The notes beneath the pieces are model-generated. The model ran no database searches and was not told the origin of the DNA. It saw nothing but the letters and a program-made list of their open reading frames with translations. The translations under genes and the position numbers were made by a program. Positions 9,587 through 20,868 of a DNA stretch of 64,000 nucleotides are shown here, piece by piece. The DNA lies in NCBI GenBank assembly GCA_000004695.1, contig CM000153.2, positions 1,664,001-1,728,000 on the forward strand. The letters run 5' to 3'. The DNA comes from Dictyostelium discoideum (Eukaryota). Positions within the stretch are counted from its first letter, which is position 1. The number at the start of each line of letters is the position of its first letter.

Positions 9587-9901
9587 TTGGATTATGACAA
9601 CAAAGGATTAGAATCAGTTCACAAAGATGTACCATTTTTAAACAAATTAAATTTAGAAGGACATGGTGAAAATGCTTTTAATGCATGGGATGAGGTCAAA
9701 GATATATGGCAGGAATTAACTATAAAATATGAACTTTTCAGGTCAGGTGTCGAACTTCGTTTAGCAATGGCATTCGTGAATAGTGTTGCAACAACTCATA
9801 AAATAAACTCATTTAAATTCGAAAAATCAACAAATGAAGAAAAATCTCAAAGTATTAATAACAATGAAAAATTATCTGAAGCACTAAAGAGAAAAATATA
9901 A
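9587..9901 (+). CDS. small hypothetical ORF in the helicase island (104 aa)
   Basis: ORF only; no recognisable motifs. Confidence 0.2.
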   Translation: MDYDNKGLESVHKDVPFLNKLNLEGHGENAFNAWDEVKDIWQELTIKYELFRSGVELRLAMAFVNSVATTHKINSFKFEKSTNEEKSQSINNNEKLSEALKRKI

Positions 9902-9910
9902 ATAAAGACG

Positions 9911-10258
9911 ATGGAATTTTTATCACTTGGTATGGGATTATTAATAGGTAGTTATTTTTTCCCTTACTCATCCACAAAAAATGATACAAAATCATCATAT
10001 AAAAAGTCACAAACAAAAGATCCAACATTATCAAACTATATTGAACTTCATGACCTTGGAAAATTAACACCAAAAGAAAGGGTAGTAGTCGAGTTTAGGA
10101 GATTCAACACAGGATCTCAAATGTTATCATATAAATTCGATCCGGCATTCTCTCATAAAGATTTTGAGTACGATGTCTTGTTGTCTTGTGGTAAGAAAAT
10201 TCTAGTACACCTCCATAATTTACCAAAAATTGGAAAGGATATTCACGAATCACATTAA
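9911..10258 (+). CDS. small hypothetical ORF in the helicase island (115 aa)
   Basis: ORF only; abuts the preceding and following ORFs. Confidence 0.2.
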   Translation: MEFLSLGMGLLIGSYFFPYSSTKNDTKSSYKKSQTKDPTLSNYIELHDLGKLTPKERVVVEFRRFNTGSQMLSYKFDPAFSHKDFEYDVLLSCGKKILVHLHNLPKIGKDIHESH

Positions 10259-10670
10259 AAAAAGAGTAGAAATGGAAGCAGTTTTAGCAATGACACATGC
10301 AAATATTCAAGTTAGTATTGGGTCAATCTTAGGTCACCAATTGGATGAAATTTGTAACAATTATCTTTTAAGAGAAACAAAAAAACAACAATCACAATTC
10401 ATTATTCCAACATTGGTTGACCCAATGGATATTCATTTATCAAAAATAAAAAATGCCAACTCAGAAGATATAATGAAAGCAACAGGTATCCAAATTACAT
10501 CTGGTGTTTCTATTACACTTTTATTAGGGAATGGTGCACCTTTTTTATTTTCAGGTGACCCAATGTTTGGTATCCCATTTTACCTCACTTTTTTTGGTGG
10601 TCAAGAAAAAATGTTAGCAAATTTTAAAGAATTAAATAAAAGACTTGATAATACAATTAAATTGAAATAA
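10230..10670 (+). CDS. small hypothetical ORF in the helicase island (146 aa)
   Basis: ORF only. Confidence 0.2.
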   Translation: MERIFTNHIKKRVEMEAVLAMTHANIQVSIGSILGHQLDEICNNYLLRETKKQQSQFIIPTLVDPMDIHLSKIKNANSEDIMKATGIQITSGVSITLLLGNGAPFLFSGDPMFGIPFYLTFFGGQEKMLANFKELNKRLDNTIKLK

Positions 10671-11653
10671 ATAAATAAATAAAAAAGTTTCACAACTATT
10701 TATTTTTTTTTTTTTTTTCTAAATTTTTTTTTTTTTCCCAAAAACCCATAAAAAGTTTTAATCAAATATCAATACCATTTTTAAATTTGAATTAAATATA
10801 TTTTCAACGGGCATATCAAGACATCGAGTATAAAACCTATTCAGACACCAGAATACAAATTAAAAAGAGCGGCAACGTTCTTATAAATCTGCACCTCAAT
10901 GTTAAGAACGGCAACGTTCATATCATTCTGCAATACTCGTATCACCAAGGAACTGATTGAAATCAACCTCAGATTGAGTACATAATGCGCTGAGAAGTAT
11001 CAGCATTAAAAAAAACATTTAAATAACCTAAACTCGATCTGATACCTGAAATGTCTTTTTTATTTTATTTTTTTATTTTTTTTTTATTTTTTTATAATGG
11101 TAATGTAAATGGAAATGGTAATGTGACATCCCTATTTACATCAACAAAAACTATATTATATCTACAGAAACCTACTTGCAATAAAAGAAGTTTAGAAGAA
11201 AAAATAAAAAAATAAAAATAAAAGTGTGATAATAATTTTATTGATAAATATTATGTACATCATATTATTATAAATAATATTAATGTTTATTTACTAATTT
11301 AATATATACTTTAATATTTTAATTATTAAATTAAAAAAAAAAATAAAAAAATAAAAAAATTATTTATTATTTTTTTTTTATATTGATTAATCGGTGTTTA
11401 TCCATTAAAGGAAATAAACTATAATTAATTAGTTTGATGAGTTTTAATTTTAAAAAATTAGTTAAAAAAAATTTCTAGGGTCATAATTATTTATTTAACC
11501 ACTAAATTTTTTTATTTAATTTTTTAATTATCTAATCTTAGAAAAAACTAAAAAACTAAAAAAAAAACATATTATTGCTAATGACTTTTTAAAATGAGAG
11601 GTTATCCTAAATAAATAATTAAATAAATAAATAATTAATTAATTAAAAAGACA

Positions 11654-11709
11654 GTTGACGGAGGGTTTTCTTAGAATGAAGGAACTGTAAGATTTGCTGT
11701 AAGGTCAAC
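11654..11709 (-). ncRNA. Class I ncRNA gene, 56 nt
   Basis: Minus strand gttgaccttacagcaaatcttacagttccttcattctaagaaaaccctccgtcaac, one difference from the 4202 copy. The DUSE atcccacaa lies 73-81 nt upstream on the minus strand. Confidence 0.7.
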
Positions 11710-11781
11710 TTAAATGTTTTACACATTTAAAAAAAGATTGAAAAAATTAATTATTTAAGAAATTTGGAGTGAAAAATAATT

Positions 11782-11790
11782 TTGTGGGAT
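11782..11790 (-). promoter_or_regulatory. DUSE (ATCCCACAA) for the Class I RNA at 11654-11709
   Basis: Plus strand ttgtgggat. Confidence 0.6.
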
Positions 11791-11876
11791 TTCAATATAA
11801 AAAAAAAAAAAAAAAAACTCTAATTAAATTCGAATATTTGGTAATTATTTAAGAATTGAATTTTGTTGAACTATCT

Positions 11877-11885
11877 ATCCCACAA
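11877..11885 (+). promoter_or_regulatory. DUSE (ATCCCACAA) upstream of the divergent Class I-like locus at 11966
   Basis: Exact consensus, 81-89 nt upstream. Confidence 0.5.
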
Positions 11886-11965
11886 ATTTTTATTTGGTTA
11901 TTAAATTCCGAAAAAAAGAATATTTGAATTTTATTTGAAATGTGAATGTAATCACAAACAATTAA

Positions 11966-12019
11966 GTTAATCCTACAGCAATTCTATTACTCAACATGCA
12001 AAAGAAATCCTTTGTCAAC
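11966..12019 (+). ncRNA. divergent Class I RNA-like locus (motif CCTACAGCAA with a 1-nt deletion; 5' stem GTTAAT vs 3' GTCAAC)
   Basis: gttaatcctacagcaattctattactcaacatgcaaaagaaatcctttgtcaac. It retains a DUSE but the stem and motif are imperfect, so it may be a variant or a decaying copy. Confidence 0.4.
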
Positions 12020-12836
12020 TGTCTTTTTTTTTTTCTTTCATTTAATAATTTCAAGTATATTTTTTAATTTTTAGATTTACCAAATGCGAATCGGTAATTA
12101 TTGATGAGAAAAATCCTATGTTAATTGAAGTTTTTTTAATATTTTATAAGATTAAATAATAAAATGATAATTATAAAAAATAGTTTTTTTAATTTTTTTA
12201 ATTATTTTCTTTAATTAATTAATTTTCTAAAATAAATATTAATATTATTTATTATTCTTATTATTCAATTTTATCACAAAATAACACTTTTTTAATTTAT
12301 TTACAAAATAAAGGTATAAATAAGAAATTAAAACTTTTGGAAACAAAAAATCAAATTGTTTATTTAAAACTGGAATTATTTTCACCACTTTTTTTTTTAT
12401 TTGTGTTATAAAAAGAAAAATAAAAGGTATTTAACAATAAAAAAATGGTAAAAATTCAATAGAGATTTGCCAAGCTAATTAATTTTTTTTTTTTTTTTAA
12501 TGAGCGAAGATAAATTTTAATATTATCTTCATCATTTTAAATTGAGGCATAAGAAGTAATAAATGTATTTATCCTTTAATAAACACATCTAAATGTTATC
12601 AAGGGTCTAGAGGATAGAGGGACAATCATTACAAGTAATGAATGTTTTATAAAAATCTTTTCATTTCATAAAAATCTTTTCATTTCAAACATTGTGAAAA
12701 CAACTCTGAACAATCAATTCAAATGATCATTTGACCTTTTATTTATAAATATAAAATTAAAAATAATTATCTCAAATAATATAATAATTTTTTTAAAAAA
12801 AAAAAAATTTACTAAATAATTTTATTTATTTTTTTT

Positions 12837-13419
12837 TTAATCCCAATTTGAATCAGATGTTGTGTCCATTGGAGCATTACTACTACTACTACTACTACTA
12901 TTGTTGTTGTTATTATTATTACTATTATTATTAATATTATTTGAACTAGTTTCCATTGGAGATTCAGTTGAAGATGGTGGTGCGCTTGTAATATTTGAGC
13001 CAGTATTATTTGATACTGAAGAAGTTGAAGATGGTGCACTAATTAATTCAGAAGAAGACAATGTTGGTGAAACCATTTTATCAATTGGTTGAGATAATTG
13101 TGAATGTTGTTGTAATAAATGTTGATGTTGTTGTTGCTGATTGGTTAAAGTTGGTGAAAGGAATTGTTTTTGATTTAATTTATAAAATTCGTATAGTGAC
13201 AATGCTATCTTTTCATTATATCTTTGACTGGTTTTATCGATTAATAATCTAGTAGAATGAACTATATCATCCAATAATTTTTTATTTACATTGTTATTTC
13301 CTTCAATTGTTTGTTGTTGTTGTTGTTGTTGTTGTTGTTTTTTATAAGTTGATAATACACTATTATATAATTTTTGAATAAAATGAATAAATTCTCTTTG
13401 ATTCATTCTTGTATGATTC

Positions 13420-13456
<37 letters not shown>

Positions 13457-15614
13457 TTTTAAAAATAAAATGTCAATATTAATACATTTTAAAAAATAAA
13501 AATAAATATCAATTATAATTATATAACAATACCTCTAACAAATATCTAATTAATTGTTTTTGAATGAATGGTAAAAATCTAAATTTAAATAAAAATGAAT
13601 CTATAATGATTGAATTAAATCTTTGTTCTTTAACTTGTAAAACTTGAGAAACCATTGACTGTATAAAATCATTTCCAAAGTATTTATAAATATCAACATT
13701 TGATAATTGTTCGTATGTACTATCTTCTGTTGATTGTGTAGTTGTAGTGGTTGTTGCTGTTGTTGTTGTTGTTGTTGGTGTTGGTGTAGTATTAGATGTA
13801 TCAGATTGATTCGTTGTTGTTGTTGTTGTTGTTGTATCAACTGATGATACAGTTGGAGATTGAATTGTAGGATTTGGAGTTGATTCAGTTATATTATTAT
13901 CTTGTAAAATTAATTTATAAATGAATTTTAAATATCTATCAACACTAATTAAATCTTTATCCAATGCTCTATTTATAATATAAGATAAGGTTATTTTTTT
14001 ACAAACTTCATATTTTAAATAACAATTTTCTAAATCTTGAAATTCTGATACACTCATTAATGAAGTTGATTCTAAAACTGGTGAAGTTGAAGATGACATT
14101 GATAATAAATTATTTGATGATTTATTAATATTTGTACCTATTGTATTATTACCAGTACCACCACCACTATTATTACCACTATTACCACCACTATTAACAC
14201 TACTACCACCACCACTACTTATATCCTTTATAACTGTTGATGATGAACTATTTAAATTTGAAGAGATTGTATTTGCAGGATTTGTACTACTAGTATTAGA
14301 AGTAGAAGATGATGATAATGAAATTGTTGAAGTTTGTTCACGTGTTATATCATCTAAAATTTGAGTTGCTAAAAGTGGATAAAAAGTTTGAAGGATATGT
14401 TTTTTAACATGTGGAATTTTAAATTTTGATTCTTTAATCATTTCATGAGATTTAAGAGCTAAAACCAATAGATAAGTTAAAAACTTTATAGATTCATCAT
14501 CTTTTGGAATTTGTTTTCTTTTTACAACTTCTTTCAATTGAATTAAAATATTTCTAACGATACAATTGACAGCGATTGGATTTGCAAATACCATAGCTGT
14601 ATCACCCAATGTTGAAGAGTTTTGATGATGTACACTCGAAGATAGATTAGTTTGAATCTCTTTGATACGTCGGGCGTCAAGAGTGTTGTCTCTAATGCAG
14701 GCGTCCAAACACCAGGCTATATTATGCGACGCGTCGGTGTCGTAGATCTCAGGGATTGATTTATCGTGGATAGCCATCAATATCTCTGCACGCAAATTAC
14801 AAAGTAAATAATTACCACTATCGGCAAACGATCGCTTTATCTGATTGATAAACATTTGGTAGAGGTCAGGCGACTTTGTGCCAAACAGCTCCACCATCTC
14901 CTGTAAGACTGAATTGTTTTCACGACGCTTTGCAGGCAAATGCGAAACTGCGAATAATGGGTCCACCGTAGTCGACGAACTCAATAACAATTGCTCATTC
15001 ATATCTTGAATGAATATAGGATCCTCAATATATTGATTAATCAATGGTTTTATCTTTTCTTTAAATAACTCCTCATTAACAATCCAAATTTGTCTCTTTA
15101 CCTCAATTGGACATTGTTCATATAATTCTTCAGCTTCTGCTAATTTCAATAAAAATGCAACTGGTACTTCTGGTGTTAATCTTTTCATTACATTCATTGG
15201 TATTTCTTGTAATTCTTCAAATCCAATATATGGAAATGTTTGTTCTAATAATTTTTCTAATCTATTTTCAAATAAATAATAAATAATTAGTAAAAAAAAA
15301 AAAAATAAAAAAAAAAAATAAATTATTATTATTATTATAAATTTAAAAATGTTTATTTACTCATGTTTATTTAATGTATTAATTTTTAATAATAAATCTT
15401 TTTTTAATGAACTTAAAAGATTTAAATATAAATCACCACGCGGTATTTGATGTAAATCTAATAAATTTAAAACTGGTGAAACTGTTGGTAAACTCTTTTT
15501 TGAAATTCCATTCTCTTGTTGAAATTGACTAATAAATTGAAGTGGGTATGTTGTTGTTGAAAGTGATGTTAAAATTTTTTCTGATCCTAAATTACCAATT
15601 AAAAATTCTTCCAT
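12837..15614 (-). CDS. nelfB: negative elongation factor B (NELF-B/COBRA1) homolog; model join(12837..13418,13533..15261,15361..15614), exon 3 junction uncertain
   Basis: Alignment from memory to NELF-B: ISQFQQENG…LNLLDLH, IEVKRQIWIVNEELF, LCNLRAEILMAIHD, HNIAWCLDACIRDNTLDARRIKEIQ. Intron 1 (GTAAAT…AG, 15360..15262) joins MEEF…LNKHE to LEKLLEQ… in frame. A 100-bp A-rich gap (13419..13532) with a possible GTATTG donor would fuse the 189-aa downstream ORF in frame. Alternatively that ORF is a separate gene. Confidence 0.7.
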
Positions 15615-16127
15615 TCTTTTTTTTTTTTTTTCTGTTTTTTTTTATATCATATTATTAATAAAAAAAATGAAAGTAAATATTAAAAAAAAAAAATAAAAAA
15701 ATAAAAAAAATTAAAAAAAAAAAAAAAAAAAATCATAAAAAAAAAAAAATTTGGCGCCAGTCATTAAAATTTTAATTTCACCACAACCTTAATTTTTTCA
15801 ATAATTTTCGAGAATTAAGATTAAAAATAAGAAAAAAAAATGAATGGGAAATTTCAAAAAAAAAAATAAAAATAAAATAAAAAATAATTAAACAAAACAA
15901 AAAAAAGTGATCGATTATATATATTTGGTTATTGAGAATTATTTTTATTTTTTTTAAAAAAAAAATTTTTGGGGTTCTGTGAAATTTAAAAAAAAAATAA
16001 AAAAAAAAATAAAAAAAAAAAAAAAATTTTAAAAAAAAAAAAAAATTTTAAAAAAAAAAATTTTTTTTAAAGACGATTTCATTTTTTTTTTATTTTTTCA
16101 TACTTATTATTAATATTATAAAAAAAA

Positions 16128-17774
16128 ATGAGTGAAGAACAAAAACCAATGGAAACAAATACAAAAGTTGAAGAAAAGAAACCAAGAGAAAAGAAAGAAA
16201 AGAAACCAGCAGTTGAAAAGAAAGCAGTAGTTGAAAAGAAAGGTGATGTTAAAGCAAATCTTTTAGGTGCAGGTTGTAAAAAAGAAGAAGATTTTTCAGA
16301 ATGGTATCAAAATGTTATTACACGTTCAGAGATGATTGACTATTATGATATTTCAGGTTGTTATATTCTCAGACCATGGGCATACTCAATTTGGGAGCAA
16401 ATTCAAGCATTCTTTGATGCAGAGATTAAGAAATTGGATGTACAAAATGCATACTTCCCATTGTTAGTCTCAGAGAAGGCATTGACCACAGAAAAGGATC
16501 ATATTGAAGGTTTTGCACCAGAGGTTGCATGGGTAACAAAGAGTGGTGATTCACAATTGGCCGATCCAGTTGCAATTCGTCCAACTTCCGAAACCATTAT
16601 GTATCCAGCATATGCCAATTGGATTCGTTCTCATAGAGATTTACCATTGAAATTGAATCAATGGGTAAATGTTGTACGTTGGGAATTCAAACGTCCAGTA
16701 CCATTCCTTCGTAGCAGAGAATTCCTCTGGCAAGAGGGTCACACTGCCTTTGCAAACAAGGAAGAGGCCGATGAAGAGGTATTCACAATTCTCGATTTAT
16801 ACAGACGTGTCTATGAGGAATTATTATGTGTACCAGTTGTAAAGGGTGTAAAATCTGAAAAAGAGAAATTCGCCGGTGGTCTTTACACAACCACTATCGA
16901 AGGTTTCATCCCAACCAATGGTCGTGGTATTCAAGCTGCCACTTCACATGCTTTGGGTCAAAACTTTTCAAAAATGTTCAATATTGAATTCGAGAATGAT
17001 AAAGGTACCAAATCATTGGCATGGCAAAACAGTTGGGGTTTAACCACTCGTACCATTGGTGTCATGGTTATGGTCCATGGTGATGACAAAGGTTTGGTTC
17101 TCCCACCACGTATCTCCCCAATTCAAGCTGTCGTCATTCCACTCCACTTTAAGGATTCCGATACCACCGCCGTAGATTCAAAGGCTAAAGAAATCGCTGA
17201 TCAATTAAAGGCTGCCGGTATTCGTGTCAATTTAGATAATCGTCCAAACTACAATCCAGGTCATAAATACAATCATTGGGAATTGAAAGGTGTTCCAATT
17301 CGTATTGAAATCGGTCCAAAAGATGTTGCCTCTGGTACTGTCATCTGTTGTCGTAGAGATACCGCCGAGAAATCTAAAGTTGAAATCTCAAACATTGTCA
17401 CTGGTGTCAAGGAATTACTCGACAACATTCAATCAAATCTCTTTGATCGTGCTGTTAAACAAAGAAATGATCATATCGTCACCATCAATCAATGGAATGA
17501 GTTTGTTCCAGCTTTGGATAATAAAAACCTTGTTTTAGCACCATGGTGCGAAAAAGTCTCTTGTGAAGATTCAATCAAAAAGAAGAGTTCTGAAGAATCT
17601 AAAAATAAAGCTGAAGAAGAAAAAGGTTTCTGTTTAACTGGTGCCGCCAAATCATTATGTATTCCATTACAAAATCAAGAACATGTTAAACTTCCAGAAA
17701 TTAAAGATGATACTAAATGTTTCTGTTGTCAAGAAAAAGCAACAAAATATACTCTCTTTGGTAGATCTTATTAA
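16128..17774 (+). CDS. prolyl-tRNA synthetase (class II, eukaryotic/archaeal type), single exon, 548 aa
   Basis: ProRS signature stretches: SGCYILRPWAYSIWEQIQ, AIRPTSETIMYPAYANWIRSHRDLPLKLNQWVNVVRWE, and a C-terminal zinc-binding-like CxxC…CxxC. Lys-rich N-terminal extension. Confidence 0.9.
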   Translation: MSEEQKPMETNTKVEEKKPREKKEKKPAVEKKAVVEKKGDVKANLLGAGCKKEEDFSEWYQNVITRSEMIDYYDISGCYILRPWAYSIWEQIQAFFDAEIKKLDVQNAYFPLLVSEKALTTEKDHIEGFAPEVAWVTKSGDSQLADPVAIRPTSETIMYPAYANWIRSHRDLPLKLNQWVNVVRWEFKRPVPFLRSREFLWQEGHTAFANKEEADEEVFTILDLYRRVYEELLCVPVVKGVKSEKEKFAGGLYTTTIEGFIPTNGRGIQAATSHALGQNFSKMFNIEFENDKGTKSLAWQNSWGLTTRTIGVMVMVHGDDKGLVLPPRISPIQAVVIPLHFKDSDTTAVDSKAKEIADQLKAAGIRVNLDNRPNYNPGHKYNHWELKGVPIRIEIGPKDVASGTVICCRRDTAEKSKVEISNIVTGVKELLDNIQSNLFDRAVKQRNDHIVTINQWNEFVPALDNKNLVLAPWCEKVSCEDSIKKKSSEESKNKAEEEKGFCLTGAAKSLCIPLQNQEHVKLPEIKDDTKCFCCQEKATKYTLFGRSY

Positions 17775-18132
17775 AAAAAAAAAAAAAATTTATAAAATAA
17801 AATATATATTAAAAAAAAAAAAAGATTTAAAAAATTGTATTATTTATTTGTCTAAAATTTTAAGTTGTAGTACTAAAAAAAGTTTAAAAATAAAGTTGAT
17901 AAAATTTTAATTACAATTTTAACAAAAAAATGAAAAAATATAATAATAATAACAATAATATCAACAATTAAAAGTGTAATGTTTTTTTTTTTTAATATTT
18001 AAAATTTTATTTAATAACATTTAAAAAGATACAATAAAGGAGGATCAAGCTCAAGGATATAATTCTAAAATACTTTATGAAGGAAAAAAAAAATATATAT
18101 TAGTATTTATAAATTTTTTTGTTTGTTCACTT

Positions 18133-18163
<31 letters not shown>

Positions 18164-18396
18164 TAATTAAAGATTGAATCATTTGCAGCATGAGTTTATA
18201 ACCATTTTTCCTATCTGTGTATGATGATGATAGGTGTACTTTATGCCTTTTCTAATCATTTAAAATCTTTACCAATTACTTTTTTTTAAAAAAAAAAAAA
18301 TATTATCACTTTCACTTACATTTGCTTATGGTTGGCAATGAAAAAAAAAATGAAAAAAAAAAAAATTTTGAAACTTTTTTATTCCAGAGCCCCTAG

Positions 18397-18429
<33 letters not shown>

Positions 18430-18803
18430 TTTCCGTAAAATTTTTTTTTTTTGATATTATTTTATGGTTACGTTTTGGTCATATTTTCACTTATTTTCTT
18501 TTTTTTATTGTTTTTTTTTTTTATTATTTTTATTTAATCGTCATCAGAATTAAATAAAATACCCAAGTATTCACCAATGTGAACACCTAACATTTGATAG
18601 TTTTTAGTAACTAAACTTTCTAGTAATCCCTAGGGTTTTATTTTATTTTATTTTTTTTTTTAAAAAAAAAAAGTTAATAGCTAAATAAAAACAAATAATA
18701 AATAAATAAATAAATAAAGATTTAGTTACTCTTGTTACAGGAATGAGATAAAAAGGATTTGAATATAATGCATTCTTGGCATAATTTGCAAATGATTGTA
18801 ATC

Positions 18804-18845
<42 letters not shown>

Positions 18846-18968
18846 TTATTTTTTAATTTATTATTATTATTTTTTTTTTAATTTATTATTTTTTATTTTT
18901 TATTGTGAATTTAAAGAATTAGTTTACTGAATAATATTAATAAATTATGAAATAAAAAATTTATTGAT

Positions 18969-19215
18969 TTACCCTTCAGTTCTAATGATATGTGCAAATT
19001 TTCCTATTTTCATTACTATGACATTGGCACCACATGCATCATATAATCTAATATCATCCTTTATTATGGTTGGGAATATTTGAATTAAAGTCAGAAATTC
19101 TTGAATGGTAATCCCGAAAAAATTTGAAATATCATAAAAAACTTGATTTGTATTATCAATTGATGTTCTTAATGAATCTATACATTCATTTGGATTTGGA
19201 TTAACTGATTTCTAA

Positions 19216-19311
<96 letters not shown>

Positions 19312-19672
19312 TACTAATGATAAAAATAGAGGAAAAAATAAAAAAAAATGGTTTAGGGAAAATAAAAATTATAATTATAATTACTTCTAAACCAGCAAAT
19401 ATTCCTAAACCTAAATCTTGAACATTTAAAGTGGACATTGATTTAACAATTGAATGTAAATTCATTCTCCTAATTTGTCTAATATTTTCAATATCTTGAT
19501 GTGTAATTTTTGGAAATAATTTTCTATTATGTTGAATATCTAAAATATCATCAAGAATTATTGAAGTATCATTTTTCTCACAATATACTAAATTAATGAA
19601 ATATATTAAATAAATTAATACAAAAAATAAATAATATATTTTCATATTAAATATCCTAAAAAAATAATACAA
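18969..19672 (-). CDS. hypothetical secreted protein, 2 exons: join(18969..19211,19385..19672), ~176 aa; intron contains (ATT)n
   Basis: N-terminal hydrophobic signal-like segment (MKIYYLFFVLIYLIYFINLVYC). A GTAATT donor after …GLE and a TAG acceptor give an open 81-codon second exon. No family recognised. Confidence 0.35.
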
Positions 19673-19730
19673 ATAAAAATAAAGAGATGATTATTTTTAA
19701 AAATAAATAATTAAAATTTACAAAGAATAA

Positions 19731-19775
<45 letters not shown>

Positions 19776-19906
19776 GTTTAGAAAAATAATAATAAATAAA
19801 ATAAAATAAAAATAATTTAATATTATTATAATAACGTAGACTGGTCAATATTAAATATAAACGACCCAATAAAACATAACTATCATATAATTATATATTG
19901 CCCATT

Positions 19907-19951
<45 letters not shown>

Positions 19952-20112
19952 AGATCATTTAAACACATCACACATATACAAATATATAAATAGAATATTC
20001 TAATACAACTGAATGATTTTCATATTGTAAGATTAATTCTTAATATTATAATTTATTTTTGTTGTAATATCACCCTTTTTTTTTTTTTTTTTTTTACAAA
20101 CTACAAACATAT

Positions 20113-20149
<37 letters not shown>

Positions 20150-20868
20150 GAACTAATAAATAATAAATTAACATAATAATTAAAAAAAAAAAAAGAAAAA
20201 AAAAAGAACAACAACTATTAAAATTGTAAATCTTAATCAAAAATCAAATTTTTATAATTAGCGCGCACGAGTCTGAAATATTTTTTTTTGTATTTAAAAT
20301 TATCGATAACCTATAATTGGATGAAAGGGTTATTAATTTTTAACTTAATTTAAAATTAAAAAAATTATATAAAAAAAAAAAATTATATGACAATTCTATG
20401 AAAAATCGGTTAGTGATACTTATAATTAATAAACAAAAATTAAAAAAAATTCAAAAAAAATTAAAATATTGTTTTTATAATAATATAAAGAATTCTCTAT
20501 CTAATGATATCTATTTTAACAATATAATATGTAATTAAACTGATTTATTAAGTGATTAAATATTAAAAAAATTAAAAAAAATTAAAAAAAATTAAAAGTT
20601 AAAAATATTTTTTATTTTTTGATATATATTTACCAAAATTAAAATTTAGAGGTTTTAAATGATTCTCTATAATAATATCTTACTTTGATTAAGGTCCTTG
20701 TTCAAATTAAAAAAAAAAAAAGAAAAAAAAATAAAATTCAAAGAACAGAATTTTCAGTTATTTCCAATTAAAAAAAAAAAAAAAAAAAATTTCATAAAAA
20801 AAAAAAAAATGAATTTTTTTTTCTTTTATTAATAAAATTAAATTTACATAAACACACACACATAAAAA

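Noticed and set aside
12812-13252. Several short ORFs overlapping the NELF-B terminal exon on both strands
   Set aside because: Frames of (AAT)/(CAA)/(GTT) repeats within the real minus-strand exon.
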